From the NCBI GenBank assembly GCA_043818175.1, contig JBDRGA010000046.1:1-56214 (forward strand): a stretch of DNA of 56,214 nt, in the 5' to 3' direction. The position numbers were made by a program, and so were the translations under genes. The notes beneath the pieces were generated by a model that did no database searches, had not been told where the DNA came from, and saw only the letters and a program-made list of their open reading frames with translations. Within the stretch, counting starts at the first letter, position 1, and each line of letters begins with the position of its first letter. This DNA comes from Candidatus Woesearchaeota archaeon (lineage in GTDB: Archaea > Nanobdellota > Nanobdellia > Woesearchaeales > JBDRGA01). Shown here piece after piece: positions 8,618-18,900 of this stretch.

Positions 8618-9274
8618 CTAACAACCTCCTACCATGCTTCCTGCTGTTTGTCCTTGTTCTATTCCTCTGTATTTGTTGCTCGCTACGTTCACGTATGAAG
8701 TTTCTATCCCTTGCTCTTCAAGGATTTTGGCTTTAGCTTGTATTTGAGTGGGGAAGAACAGCGCTTTCCATTTTCCTACTTCTTCAAGTATTTGAGCATC
8801 AGTATATTCCACGCCATGTTTTGTTATCAAGTATTTTGCCAAGCCTCGCATCGCGTAGCTATGCGCACACCCGCAAGCAGGCTCTCCATTCTCGAATATA
8901 ATTGAACGGGCACCGCAACAGTACTCACAGCTCATTCCGTTTTCCATGCGATATAGTATGTTGATGTACCTTTCTTTGTCCGCTCCTTCAAGTTTGACGC
9001 TTCTATCGATATTGCCCATTATCCGTATCGTAGCATCCGCCAGTTGCGGATCGTTGGGAGAAACATCGTCATAGTTCACTTGAAGTTCGTCTCCATATGT
9101 TGCTGGTGTGCCCTGCGGCACGATGCCCGTAAGCGTTGTTACCTGCTGCGCTACCACTCCTTGAGTTGCCTGACTTACTGCCGGCGCCACACTTTGAAGC
9201 GCGCTTGCATTGTAGCCGGCAAGAACAACTGTGATGAGCAGGACTGCAGCCGTGCTGTATTCTAGTGCATTCAT
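8618..9274 (-). CDS. Exported Cys-cluster protein ending in MVGGC
   Basis: N-terminal hydrophobic anchor, CEYCCG and CGCAHS motifs, C-terminal MVGGC. Start moved to the ATG at 9274 (GGAGG at 9282-9286) because 9319 lies inside the promoter. Confidence 0.8.
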   Translation of the reverse strand: MNALEYSTAAVLLITVVLAGYNASALQSVAPAVSQATQGVVAQQVTTLTGIVPQGTPATYGDELQVNYDDVSPNDPQLADATIRIMGNIDRSVKLEGADKERYINILYRMENGMSCEYCCGARSIIFENGEPACGCAHSYAMRGLAKYLITKHGVEYTDAQILEEVGKWKALFFPTQIQAKAKILEEQGIETSYVNVASNKYRGIEQGQTAGSMVGGC

Positions 9275-9310
9275 TCTTGTCCCTCCATGTATTTCATGCA
9301 ATTCACGGAT

Positions 9311-9349
9311 GTGAAACACCTTTAAGAAGTACCGGCGAAACTGGTTTCA
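9311..9349 (-). promoter_or_regulatory. Internal promoter/operator of the copper cluster
   Basis: Minus strand TGAAACCAGTTTCGccgGTACttcTTAAAGgtGTTTCAc; 28/39 identical to 13458-13496. Confidence 0.75.
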
Positions 9350-9352
9350 CAA

Positions 9353-11575
9353 TCAGATTCTCTTCGTCTTCAACAGCAACGAATTACTCACAACACTAAC
9401 AGAACTCAACGCCATTGCCGCGCCAGCGATGATGGGGCTCAACATCAGTTTGGGGTTGCCTGTTATGACATAAAGCACTCCTGCTGCTATTGGTATTCCC
9501 AACACATTGTAGAAGAACGCCCAGAAGAGATTCTGCTTTATCTTCGCCATTGTTGCTTTACTAAGTGCAATTGCTCGTGGAACGTCCCTTAAGTCATCCT
9601 TCATTAGCACTATGTCTCCTGTTTCCATCGCAACATCAGTTCCCGAACCCATTGCGATTCCAATGTCAGCCTGCGCCAGTGCGGGCGCGTCGTTAATTCC
9701 ATCTCCTACCATTGCTGTCGGCCCGTTTAATTGAAGACGCTTCACATTTTCCGCCTTGTCCTGGGGGAGCACGTCAGCAAACACATTTCCTTCCTTTATT
9801 CCAGCTTGCAAAGCTATTGCTTTTGCAGTTCGTTCGTTGTCTCCTGTAATCATGTAAACGTTAATTCCAAGGTCATGAAGTTTCTTAATCGCTTCTTTAG
9901 ATGTTGGCTTTAGTGTGTCAGCAACTGCAATTAACCCAATTAGTTTCCTTCCTTCAGCAAGAACCATCACTGTTTTGCCTTGTTCTTCCAGAGCACGTAT
10001 TTTTCCCAGAACATCTTTGAGTTCCACGCCTTGTTTCTTCATTAGGCGTTCATTTCCAAAATAGTACTCTTTCTTTCCCAGTTTCGCAATGATTCCATGA
10101 CCAGGAATTGCCTTGAACGAAGAAGCGTGAGTTATCTTCATTTTCTTTTCTTTTGCATGGTTCACAATTGCTTCAGCCAACGGATGTTCGCTTCCCTGTT
10201 CGATGCTTGCTGCTATTAAGAGCAAGTCATCTTCTTTTCCAGACACTGGAACCAAATCAGTTACCTTTGGTTTGCCATATGTTACAGTTCCTGTCTTGTC
10301 GAGCACGATGTTTTTCAGGCGGTGCGCAGTTTCAAGTGAATCACCACCTTTGATTAGTATTCCTTCCTTTGCTCCTTTGCCCGTGCCCACCATTATTGCT
10401 GTTGGTGTGGCAAGTCCTAATGCACAAGGACAAGCTATTACCAAAACTGCTACTGCTGCTATGAATCCAAGCCCAGTCTGTCCTGCCAAAGCCCACGCAA
10501 TCAAAGTCAGCACGGCAATCCCTAATACAATGGGAACAAAATAACTGCTTATCACGTCCGCAAAACGCTGTATTGGTGCTTTTCTTGACTGAGCATCCTC
10601 AACAAGTTTAACTATTCTGGCCAGAGTTGTGTTCGTGCCTACTTTTGTAGCCCTAAATTGTATGCTTCCGTGGGCATTGATCGTACCACCAATCACTTCA
10701 TTTCCAACATTCTTCTCTACGGGCATGCTCTCTCCTGTTATCATGCTTTCGTCGATGCTCGTATTACCTTTGATAATAATTCCATCAACAGGTATTTTTT
10801 CGCCCGGCTTCACTATTATGATGTCTCCTTGGCGTACTTCATCGACGGGGATGCGTGTCTCAGTGTTACCTCGGAGGACTAAAGCTTGTTTTGGTTGCAA
10901 ACCAACAAGTTTCTTTATTGCTTCTGATGTTCGTTGCTTTGCTCTGTGCTCGAGAACTTTTCCCAGTATAACAAGAGTGATAATAACTGCAGCTGCCTCG
11001 AAGTACTGTCCTAGTTCCATGATTTTTCCGCTTAATATTGTATATACGCTGAAAAAGTAAGCAGCACTCGTTCCCAACACTATTAGCGTGTCCATGTTGG
11101 CGCTCTTGTTTTTTAGAGCTGCCCATGCTCCTTTGTAGAATACACTTCCAACGTAGAACTGTACTGGTGTTGCAAGAATAAAAAGTATCCATGCAGCGTA
11201 GGGCATCGCGATTCCAGCAAAGAGAACGCTGTCCGACATCATGAACATTCCTATGATAAATGCAGGCACGCCAAAAAGAAGGCTTACTGTGAGTCTGTTC
11301 TTCAATGATGTGAAAGCTTCCTTGTCTGCTGCGCTTTTTGCTTCGTATGGATCTTTGCTGCTTGCATTCAGGATAACGTCGTATCCTTTGGAACGTATTG
11401 CTTTTACGAAATCGTCTTCCTTCGCATTATTTGGGTCAAAAGTTATGCTTGCTTTTTCTGTAGCGTAGTTGACGTTGGCATCAGTTACACCAGGAACCTT
11501 CTTCAGTGTTCTCGTAAGTAAGTTAGAGCAGCTTGCGCAGTGCATTCCTGTTATCTGCAATTCTTTTTTTGTCAT
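9353..11575 (-). CDS. copA: Cu(I)-translocating P1B-type ATPase
   Basis: [43 protein letters not shown], and YN...PI plus MALSS P1B-1 signatures. Confidence 0.95.
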   Translation of the reverse strand: MTKKELQITGMHCASCSNLLTRTLKKVPGVTDANVNYATEKASITFDPNNAKEDDFVKAIRSKGYDVILNASSKDPYEAKSAADKEAFTSLKNRLTVSLLFGVPAFIIGMFMMSDSVLFAGIAMPYAAWILFILATPVQFYVGSVFYKGAWAALKNKSANMDTLIVLGTSAAYFFSVYTILSGKIMELGQYFEAAAVIITLVILGKVLEHRAKQRTSEAIKKLVGLQPKQALVLRGNTETRIPVDEVRQGDIIIVKPGEKIPVDGIIIKGNTSIDESMITGESMPVEKNVGNEVIGGTINAHGSIQFRATKVGTNTTLARIVKLVEDAQSRKAPIQRFADVISSYFVPIVLGIAVLTLIAWALAGQTGLGFIAAVAVLVIACPCALGLATPTAIMVGTGKGAKEGILIKGGDSLETAHRLKNIVLDKTGTVTYGKPKVTDLVPVSGKEDDLLLIAASIEQGSEHPLAEAIVNHAKEKKMKITHASSFKAIPGHGIIAKLGKKEYYFGNERLMKKQGVELKDVLGKIRALEEQGKTVMVLAEGRKLIGLIAVADTLKPTSKEAIKKLHDLGINVYMITGDNERTAKAIALQAGIKEGNVFADVLPQDKAENVKRLQLNGPTAMVGDGINDAPALAQADIGIAMGSGTDVAMETGDIVLMKDDLRDVPRAIALSKATMAKIKQNLFWAFFYNVLGIPIAAGVLYVITGNPKLMLSPIIAGAAMALSSVSVVSNSLLLKTKRI

Positions 11576-11781
11576 TATTCCACTTTGTATCCTTCTGCCG
11601 TTATTGCTGTCTTTATAGTCTTCTCATTGACTTTACTTTCGTCATAACTTACAACCGCGAGGCCCTTTTGATGGCTTATGTCTACTTTGCCAATACCGTC
11701 AAGGTCAAGCAAGGCATCCCTTATCAGTTCCTCACAGCTTGAGCAATGCATTCCTTTTATCTTTATTGTTGAACTTTTCAT
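11575..11781 (-). CDS. copZ: Copper chaperone (HMA domain)
   Basis: 68 aa, GMHCSSC; stop overlaps the copA start. Confidence 0.9.
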   Translation of the reverse strand: MKSSTIKIKGMHCSSCEELIRDALLDLDGIGKVDISHQKGLAVVSYDESKVNEKTIKTAITAEGYKVE

Positions 11782-13445
11782 TGTGACACCTTGAACTCAC
11801 CTATCTTGCTTCCCATGCTGCACGTGAACGCTACTGTTCCAGGCTCAGTCGGTGTGAACTTTAGCACACTGTTTCCTTGAGTTATTCTGTGCGCAACTCC
11901 GTATTTTGGCACGAGTATTGTGCTTGAGCATCCTCTTGGAACCACTTCCGCATTAATGTTCAGTTCAACAGGTACCCCAGTCGTCACATCAAATGTCCTA
12001 GGATTCCATCCTTGCTGATTAATTGTCATGTCGAGTTTTTGAACAGAACACTCAGCAAACTGAGGATCACACCCCGTCACTACTGGTGCTATCACTTCGG
12101 CTTTTTGCTGCACAGGTGCATCATTTGGCAGTACGGTTATACTCGCTCCGAGCGTGGTCATTGCCATTGGACAGCTGAATCTGAAAGTTCCTGCCTTAGT
12201 AGGTGTGAACTCTATCACTTTGACTGGACCTCTTGTGGCGTACGCTGTGATGTCAAGTCCGGGCACTACAACTACTTGCGCACATCCAGAAGCAGTATTA
12301 CCATCAATTTCCCACCTTACTGGCACTCCTTGCTTTACTGTGAATTGTGCTGGCTCATATTCAAGCCCGTTGATTTTCATCTTTATGGTTTGCAAGCCTT
12401 GTGTGACCACTGCTTGTGGTGCCGTAGATGTTCCTATGACATTTATTGGCGCTGTCGCAAGTGTTATCCCGTTATTCAAACTGAATATTCCCAATGTTAT
12501 AACTAGAACAGCACTTGCCTTTGCTACGTACTTGTAAACATTTCCTTTGGTAAAGCTCGTTAATGCACCTATTCCAAGCAGGCCTGGTAAGGTTCCTATG
12601 CTGAAAGCCAGCATTACTAATGCGCCTTGTATTGGATTGCCTAAGGTTAAGACATACAATTGTAGTGCCTGCGTGAACCCACACGGAAAGAAGAAACTCG
12701 TAGCACCAAGACCTGCAGCACCAATTGTGCTTGGTTTCTGACTCGACTCATATGCCTTGTGCGCGAATATTTTTGGCATCTTGAAGCTAAACCTGCTTAG
12801 GACTCGTATTCCAAGCAGTTGTAATCCTAGAATCACCATTGCAGCGCTAACAACAATTGTGATTATGCCTGTTACACCCATGCTGATTGAGATTACACCA
12901 CCAAGTAGTGCAAGTAATCCACCAAGAACGGTGTAGCTAACTATTCTTCCTGCGTTAAAGGCAAGGTTTGGTTTGAAACGCTGCATACCTGTAGCATTTG
13001 GAAACTTTGTTCTCCATCTGTTTGCAATTGCAAGTAACAATCCTCCTGTTACGGCCATGCATGTGCTGAACGCTGCTACAACACCTAGTCCAAGTGCCAG
13101 ACCAAAACTCACATTTTCAGTTATGCCTATGTTTGGAAGAATGTCAAACTGCTTCAAAAGCAAGTAAGCACCAAGAAGTACTATAATTATGCCTCCGAAC
13201 TCGGCTATCTCCCTTGAGCGTTTGCGTTTAGCATCTCCAATCTGTATTGTGTACTTTCCTTCTCCTAGAGCATTTTGCAGTTCTGTCGTTGTTATAGCGC
13301 GATTGCACCGCAGTTCAGCGGTTCCTCTGGAGTGGTCTACTTTAACTCGCTGCACTCCTCTTACTTTCCTGAACTTTCGTTCTATCAGGACTTCGCAGCT
13401 CGCGCAGGTCATTCCATTTATCTTGAGTGTTACTGGTTTTGCCAT
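11778..13445 (-). CDS. HMA + DsbD_2/TauE-like membrane domain + two cupredoxin-like domains
   Basis: GMTCASC; TM domain with FSTCMAVTGG and FFPCGFTQ; two repeats GC...F(S/T)C(P/S)M. Confidence 0.85.
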   Translation of the reverse strand: MAKPVTLKINGMTCASCEVLIERKFRKVRGVQRVKVDHSRGTAELRCNRAITTTELQNALGEGKYTIQIGDAKRKRSREIAEFGGIIIVLLGAYLLLKQFDILPNIGITENVSFGLALGLGVVAAFSTCMAVTGGLLLAIANRWRTKFPNATGMQRFKPNLAFNAGRIVSYTVLGGLLALLGGVISISMGVTGIITIVVSAAMVILGLQLLGIRVLSRFSFKMPKIFAHKAYESSQKPSTIGAAGLGATSFFFPCGFTQALQLYVLTLGNPIQGALVMLAFSIGTLPGLLGIGALTSFTKGNVYKYVAKASAVLVITLGIFSLNNGITLATAPINVIGTSTAPQAVVTQGLQTIKMKINGLEYEPAQFTVKQGVPVRWEIDGNTASGCAQVVVVPGLDITAYATRGPVKVIEFTPTKAGTFRFSCPMAMTTLGASITVLPNDAPVQQKAEVIAPVVTGCDPQFAECSVQKLDMTINQQGWNPRTFDVTTGVPVELNINAEVVPRGCSSTILVPKYGVAHRITQGNSVLKFTPTEPGTVAFTCSMGSKIGEFKVSQ

Positions 13446-13457
13446 GATGTTTGAACT

Positions 13458-13496
13458 ATGAAACGGCTTTATAAGGTACTGATGAAACCAGTTTCA
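13458..13496 (-). promoter_or_regulatory. Main promoter/operator of the copper cluster
   Basis: Perfect palindrome TGAAAC-CA-GTTTCA (13483-13496), TATA CTTATAAA (13468-13475) 30 nt before the ATG at 13445, and a second half-site GTTTCA. Confidence 0.8.
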
Positions 13497-13533
13497 AGGG
13501 TAGATTTTTAAGCAGAAGCATGATTATTGTTGT

Positions 13534-14025
13534 GTGGAAGCATCACAAACTAGATGGATTGGGTACGCATTGCTTGCAGTAGGCGTATTGCTAATAATGA
13601 TTCTGGCCGTAGTAAAAGTAAACACGGACAGAGAGGGTGCGTTCATGTGTGAACTTGTTGAAGCTTCACCTGATTTGTCCATGACTGACTGTCCCGCACA
13701 TAATAGCAGCACATCGTGGGTTGTACTTGTCGGTTTTGGCTTTGCGGCTTTGGTGCTTGCCGCGGGAGCATATTTGGCGTTCGTACAAAACATGCAGGGC
13801 ACTTCTAAACCTGCGACGAAGCCAAAGGACATCAAGCTTGATTCAGAGGAATCCAAGGTTGTCGAAGCAATTAAGCAGGCAGGCGGAAGCGTATTCCAAG
13901 GAGACATCGTAAGAGAAACGGAGTTCTCGAAGGTCAAGGTAACAAGAATTCTTGATAGACTTGAGACAAAACAGGTCATCGAAAGAAAGCGTAGAGGCAT
14001 GACCAATCTTGTCGTGCTGAAATAG
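13534..14025 (+). CDS. Membrane-anchored winged-helix (MarR-like) transcription regulator
   Basis: Two TMs flanking the loop MCELVEASPDLSMTDCPAH; C-terminal wHTH FQGDIVRETEFSKVKVTRILDRLETKQVIERKRRGMTN; divergent from the copper cluster. Confidence 0.8.
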   Translation: MEASQTRWIGYALLAVGVLLIMILAVVKVNTDREGAFMCELVEASPDLSMTDCPAHNSSTSWVVLVGFGFAALVLAAGAYLAFVQNMQGTSKPATKPKDIKLDSEESKVVEAIKQAGGSVFQGDIVRETEFSKVKVTRILDRLETKQVIERKRRGMTNLVVLK

Positions 14026-14074
14026 CATAATCTTTATATACGCTTCCGGCATCATTCATTCGAGGTGTTACTCT

Positions 14075-14806
14075 ATGAAAGCACTACTTGTAATAATGAT
14101 AGTCGCGGGCCTTATGCTCGCTGCCTGCACCGCAGGCAACACAAGCCAGCCCAAACCGGCTGACGATAACAATGCAGCCAACCAAGAAACTGCTCCATCT
14201 GGTGATTCTGCAGGAACCACGGATGATTCGATGAAGAACGAGAAAATCGCGCCTGCAGATGACGCAAGCGCTGAGTGGAAGTCTTTGGTAGGCAAGAATG
14301 TTGGTCTATCATTTATGGTGAAGTATGAAGTTCAATCAAATGCAAATGGTCAGGCAACAAATGCTGAAATGACTCAATACTCAAAATCCGGAAAGTCCCG
14401 TGTTGACAGCATGGCACAGGGCATGGAGTCAAGAGCATACATGATGGACAACAAGGTTTATTCATGCATTAACCAAGGTACGTGGATGTGTTTCGCTGCT
14501 GACTCTCAGCAGGATAGTGGCGCGGACTTGACCAAGTACAACGATGATTCCAAAGCGTATCAGGTAACTGCAATGCCTTCGAGAAACATTGCAGGAAAAA
14601 CGGCAAAGTGCTTCCAGATTATTGTCGAGAGCGCAAAAGCACAGTATTGCTTGAGTCCGGAGGGCGTACCTTTGTACATCATGAGCGAAGGTTCTGAAGG
14701 AGGCGTTTCATACACCTCAACCATGACAGCAAAGGAATACAGTACTTCAGTGAGTGATTTAGTATTCGAATTGCCAGCAGAGCCGACAGCGATGCCCACG
14801 TATTGA
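14075..14806 (+). CDS. Lipoprotein, paralog of 25975-26709 (possible LolA/DUF4412-like fold)
   Basis: Lipobox LAAC, low-complexity linker, four Cys, FELPAE near the C-terminus; GAGGTG SD. Confidence 0.7.
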   Translation: MKALLVIMIVAGLMLAACTAGNTSQPKPADDNNAANQETAPSGDSAGTTDDSMKNEKIAPADDASAEWKSLVGKNVGLSFMVKYEVQSNANGQATNAEMTQYSKSGKSRVDSMAQGMESRAYMMDNKVYSCINQGTWMCFAADSQQDSGADLTKYNDDSKAYQVTAMPSRNIAGKTAKCFQIIVESAKAQYCLSPEGVPLYIMSEGSEGGVSYTSTMTAKEYSTSVSDLVFELPAEPTAMPTY

Positions 14807-14848
14807 ATCTATTAGAATTTATTTTTCTTTTCTAATATCACTTAACTC

Positions 14849-15556
14849 TCAAGTATTATTGGATTGAGTCATGTCCGCAAGAACATCTTCCAAGGTTTGT
14901 GATTGTTGTGTTGGTGATTCGTCAAACACTTGACGAAGTGGTCGCGTCACCCGTTCAGCAAACCATGCAATTGTCGATATCGGAGGTGATAAGACACTTG
15001 TTGGAGCAAAGCTGGCTTTGCCAGGATTGTGGTTGTGGTAGCGCACCCGCCCCCATATCTGAACTGTGTAAAGCAAAGAGGGTACTGCTGGAGCTGCCGC
15101 TCCAAACATTCTTGCCCACCAGGGGGGAGAAAAATGATCAACCCCCGCATAAATTGCTACACCAATAGCAGCAGCCTTTGTCAAGGCGAAAGTGTCTCCA
15201 ATGTATACTGCATGACGCGACAACTTTTGAGGGTTTTCCTCACCCCAGATAATCTTACTTGCTTCTTCTGAAATACGAGGCGCTAGCCCACTTATTTGAG
15301 TGGCGAAGCATGCGTATTTAGCAACGCTACCTCTGGTCCAATTAATTCCACCATCTTCGGTCTTATAATCTCGTGCAAACTCTCTTGCTTTTTCAACTGT
15401 AATAAACCCAACAGAACCAGGCGTGTCCATGTCTGTGACTTCATTTCGCAGACGGGTTTCAATCCGGTTACCCCATCCTGTTCGTCTAGCTCGTTCCCCT
15501 ATTCTATGGAAATAATCCTTTACGGGCCTTCCATTAACGTAATCCCCAAACGCCAT
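14849..15556 (-). CDS. Hypothetical membrane protein
   Basis: 235-aa ORF with hydrophobic segments; shares a TTTTAAA box (15579-15585) with the divergent JAMM gene. Confidence 0.6.
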   Translation of the reverse strand: MAFGDYVNGRPVKDYFHRIGERARRTGWGNRIETRLRNEVTDMDTPGSVGFITVEKAREFARDYKTEDGGINWTRGSVAKYACFATQISGLAPRISEEASKIIWGEENPQKLSRHAVYIGDTFALTKAAAIGVAIYAGVDHFSPPWWARMFGAAAPAVPSLLYTVQIWGRVRYHNHNPGKASFAPTSVLSPPISTIAWFAERVTRPLRQVFDESPTQQSQTLEDVLADMTQSNNT

Positions 15557-15606
15557 GCCTCAGAGTTCATATGAGAGCTTTTAAAGGTGAGGGTTTTTCT
15601 TGCAGT

Positions 15607-15981
15607 ATGATTGTCAATATAGATTTGGGTGTTGTTGAGACTCTAGTAGACCTCGCCAGTCAAGCCCATCCGAAAGAAACTGTGATGATTCTTGAGGGTT
15701 CGAACAGGAAGGGTGAGATTAAGGTTACTGGAGTTCTTTTTCAACAGTATTCAGCAAACGAGAACAGCACGCATTTCAATCTAGATTTACCAATGGGCAC
15801 TAAATCCGTTGGAACGTTTCATTCTCATCCCGGACCAAGCAACAGGCCTTCTCAGGCAGATTTGAAGCTGTTTGAGAAGTTCGGTCTAGTGCACTTCATA
15901 GCGCATTACCCGTACAGAATTGAAGATTTCGCGTGCTATGATAAGATGGGCACACGAGTCCCTTTTTCTGTCTCGAACTAA
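15607..15981 (+). CDS. JAB/MPN+ (JAMM) metalloprotease
   Basis: HPKET...GTFHSHPGPSNRPSQADL matches E-HSHP-x7-S-xx-D. Start at 15607 is 28 nt after the TATA box. Confidence 0.9.
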   Translation: MIVNIDLGVVETLVDLASQAHPKETVMILEGSNRKGEIKVTGVLFQQYSANENSTHFNLDLPMGTKSVGTFHSHPGPSNRPSQADLKLFEKFGLVHFIAHYPYRIEDFACYDKMGTRVPFSVSN

Positions 15982-18900
15982 CCTTCGTGATGATGCGTTG
16001 GCTTCTTGGGCCTGCGCCATGCTGCAAATATGATGGCCAGGACAACTATGAATGCCAGTCCTATGAAGTATGGAATCGCACTTCCACCACCTTGATCTTC
16101 CTTGGTGGATTCTGCTGCTTTACCCGCTAGGTTCTGCTCGTCAGTCGCCGCAACTTTAGCCTCATCTTGAGCAGGCAAATCCTCAGCCACTTCACTCACT
16201 TCTGGCTCGATTGCTGGTTCCGCACTTGCCTTCTCAGCTCCAATTGCGAAAGTGCTGAACCCAGGTGTGTTGAAGCGGTATGTTTCTTCTGTTATTTTCG
16301 TGGGTTTGAACATCTGCCATTCTCCAGCTGAAAGCCTGAAAAGCCTGACGTTTCCTGCAAGAATACCATTTTCTTCCAACCAGGATTCGGGAACCCTCAC
16401 TTCTATCCACGCGTTTCCGACCGTTCCCATGTTCTTGAGAGTTATTTCCAAGTACTGGTAGACATGTCCATTAGGTGCTTCCTTAACGCTACTTGGTTTG
16501 CCTGAAGCATACTGCTGCACTAATACTTCGCCCTTGCTGACAGCATTCTCTGGCTTGAATCCAACTCCGACAACGCTAATTTTCGGGTCGTCAATCTTCA
16601 TACTTATAGCCTGTCCTGCGGGTACCGCGCCCCAGAACTGTACTCTGTTTGGATTTGTGTTTCTGGGTGCGCTACTACCGCCACTGCCACTGCTACTTGT
16701 TGTACAGCTTTGAGAGCTACTTTCTGAAGTTGAGCCACCACCATAACATGTTCTTGTCCTTGTCCTGGTCTGTGAGCTTGACGAACAGGTGCTCCAGTCA
16801 CTCCAGTCACTCCATCCTCCATCGCATGCAGAAGGCGTTATGTTCTTGGTGTTATTCACTGTTACTGTGCTGTTATGATTTGCACCATCATCAAGTGACG
16901 TTATAACGTATGAATATGCCATTTCTGAAGTCATAGTAGTATCCTGATACCATGCATTTGTTGTATTGGCAAGGGCTGTATTTGTATTGCTTGTATTCAG
17001 ACTGCTTATGTTTGTGGTTCGGAAAACATAATATGTCATTGCCAAATCCGCATTTCCATCGACGTCAAGCGTTACTGCTGTCCATGTAATGTTTACGGCA
17101 CCATTCGTTTTTGTGGAACCATTGGCAGTTGTGGGCGAGCGTGGCATTAATGTATCGTCAGCGGTCGCATTATAACTGCTTGATACGATGCTCTTGTTCT
17201 CGTTTGAAGACGCATCGAGACTTGTTATAGCATACCAATACGTCGTGCTGTCTGTTGTTGTATTATCCTCAAATGTTGTGTTAGTGAGCGCAGCAATTGC
17301 TGTCAGTGCTGCTGCGCTAGTTATTGCTGTAGTTGACCGGTACACCTTGTAGCTTGCTGCATTCGCGTCAGCAGTCCAGTTCAGCTCTATGTTACCATCA
17401 CTGTCAGAATCATTTACACCTACTTGTGTTAGCGTTGGAGCTGTTGTTGGGGGTGTAGTATCTATAACTGTAAAGTAATACAACCCGCTGAAGTTAGCTG
17501 CGTTGCTTAAATTATCTTCAACCTGAATTGTCCAGTTATGTGTTGTACCACTGACGAACCCTCCAACAGTGAAGTTGGTTGCTGTGTTGTTGCCTGCTGT
17601 TAATCCTGTGGCATTGGCAACTCCATCAAGGAACAACGTGTAGTTCAATATCGTATCAATTCCATCATAACTTGTAAAGTTGAACGTTACGATGGTATCT
17701 GACGCGTTTGAGTTGTTACTTGGGGCATTTAGTGTCGATACCACTGGTACTGTCGCATCTATCTTCAATACGAGGACGCTGCTGTTGGCAGCATTACCAT
17801 TGTTGTCCGTGGCTTGAACTTCAATATCGTGACTTCCATCCTCTAGTATTGATGTCACGGCAACCGTTGGCGTTCCATTGAGTGCAGTGCCAGAGGCAAC
17901 TGATACACCATCTACATAGATAACATAACTGAGGTTCGTGTCCATGTTATCTGTGAGGGTGAAGTTGATTTCAGGCGTGACATCATTTGTCCAGGAATCA
18001 TTTGCAGGCGACGTTATATTACTGGTTGGCACAGTTGTATCTACGTGAATTACAACAGACCCGTTTGCCAGGTTTGAAGCACTGTCAGCAGCTTCTATCA
18101 CTACAGTGTACGTTCCATCCAAAAAAACTCCCAATGTAACACTCTTCACAGTATTGTTTGTTGCGTTTCCCGTGCCGCCAGCAACACCATTTACATAAAG
18201 GGTGTAGTTGATGACTGTGTCTGTTTCATCAGTTAAAATAAAGTTGATGTCTGGCGTCGTATCCGTAGTCCAAGAATCATTTGCAGGCGAGGTAATTACA
18301 CTCGTTGGTGCAGTTACGTCTACTGTCAATACTATTGCTGTGCTGTTCACGCTGTGTAGTGCACTGTCAGTGGCCTGCACGAGCACAGTATACACACCCG
18401 CGCCCAGAACGCTGAGTTCTACGACTGTTGGTGTGTTGTTCAGTGCACTACCTGTCTGATTTGCAGAGCCATCTACATACACAACATAACTTAAGTTGGT
18501 ATCCAGACTATCCGTGAGCGTAAATGTGATTGCTGGAGTTGTATTTGATGTGGATGTGTTATCTGCAGGAGATGTTATCACACTGGTTGGATTTGCAGTA
18601 TCTACGTGAATAACCAAGGCAGTACTATTGAACATGTTTCCTGCTTCGTCCTCTGCCTGCATTATTAGAGTGTACGTTCCTTCTGGTGTTGCACCCATCG
18701 TAAGCGAAGAAACTGTGTTGTTGCTTACATTACCAGTAAGGTTTGCTACACCATCAACGAATAGCGTGTAGTTTAGCATGGAATCGTACACGTCAGTTAT
18801 CGTGAAGTTAATGCTCGGCGTCGTGTTCGTAGTCCAAGAATCGTTACCAGGAAAGGTAATATTGCTAGTTGGGTAACCCGTGTCGACATTAACTGTCCAC

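Noticed and set aside
16795-16817. 9-bp tandem repeat CTCCAGTCA
   Set aside because: Simply encodes the WSDWSDWS motif; not an independent DNA repeat.
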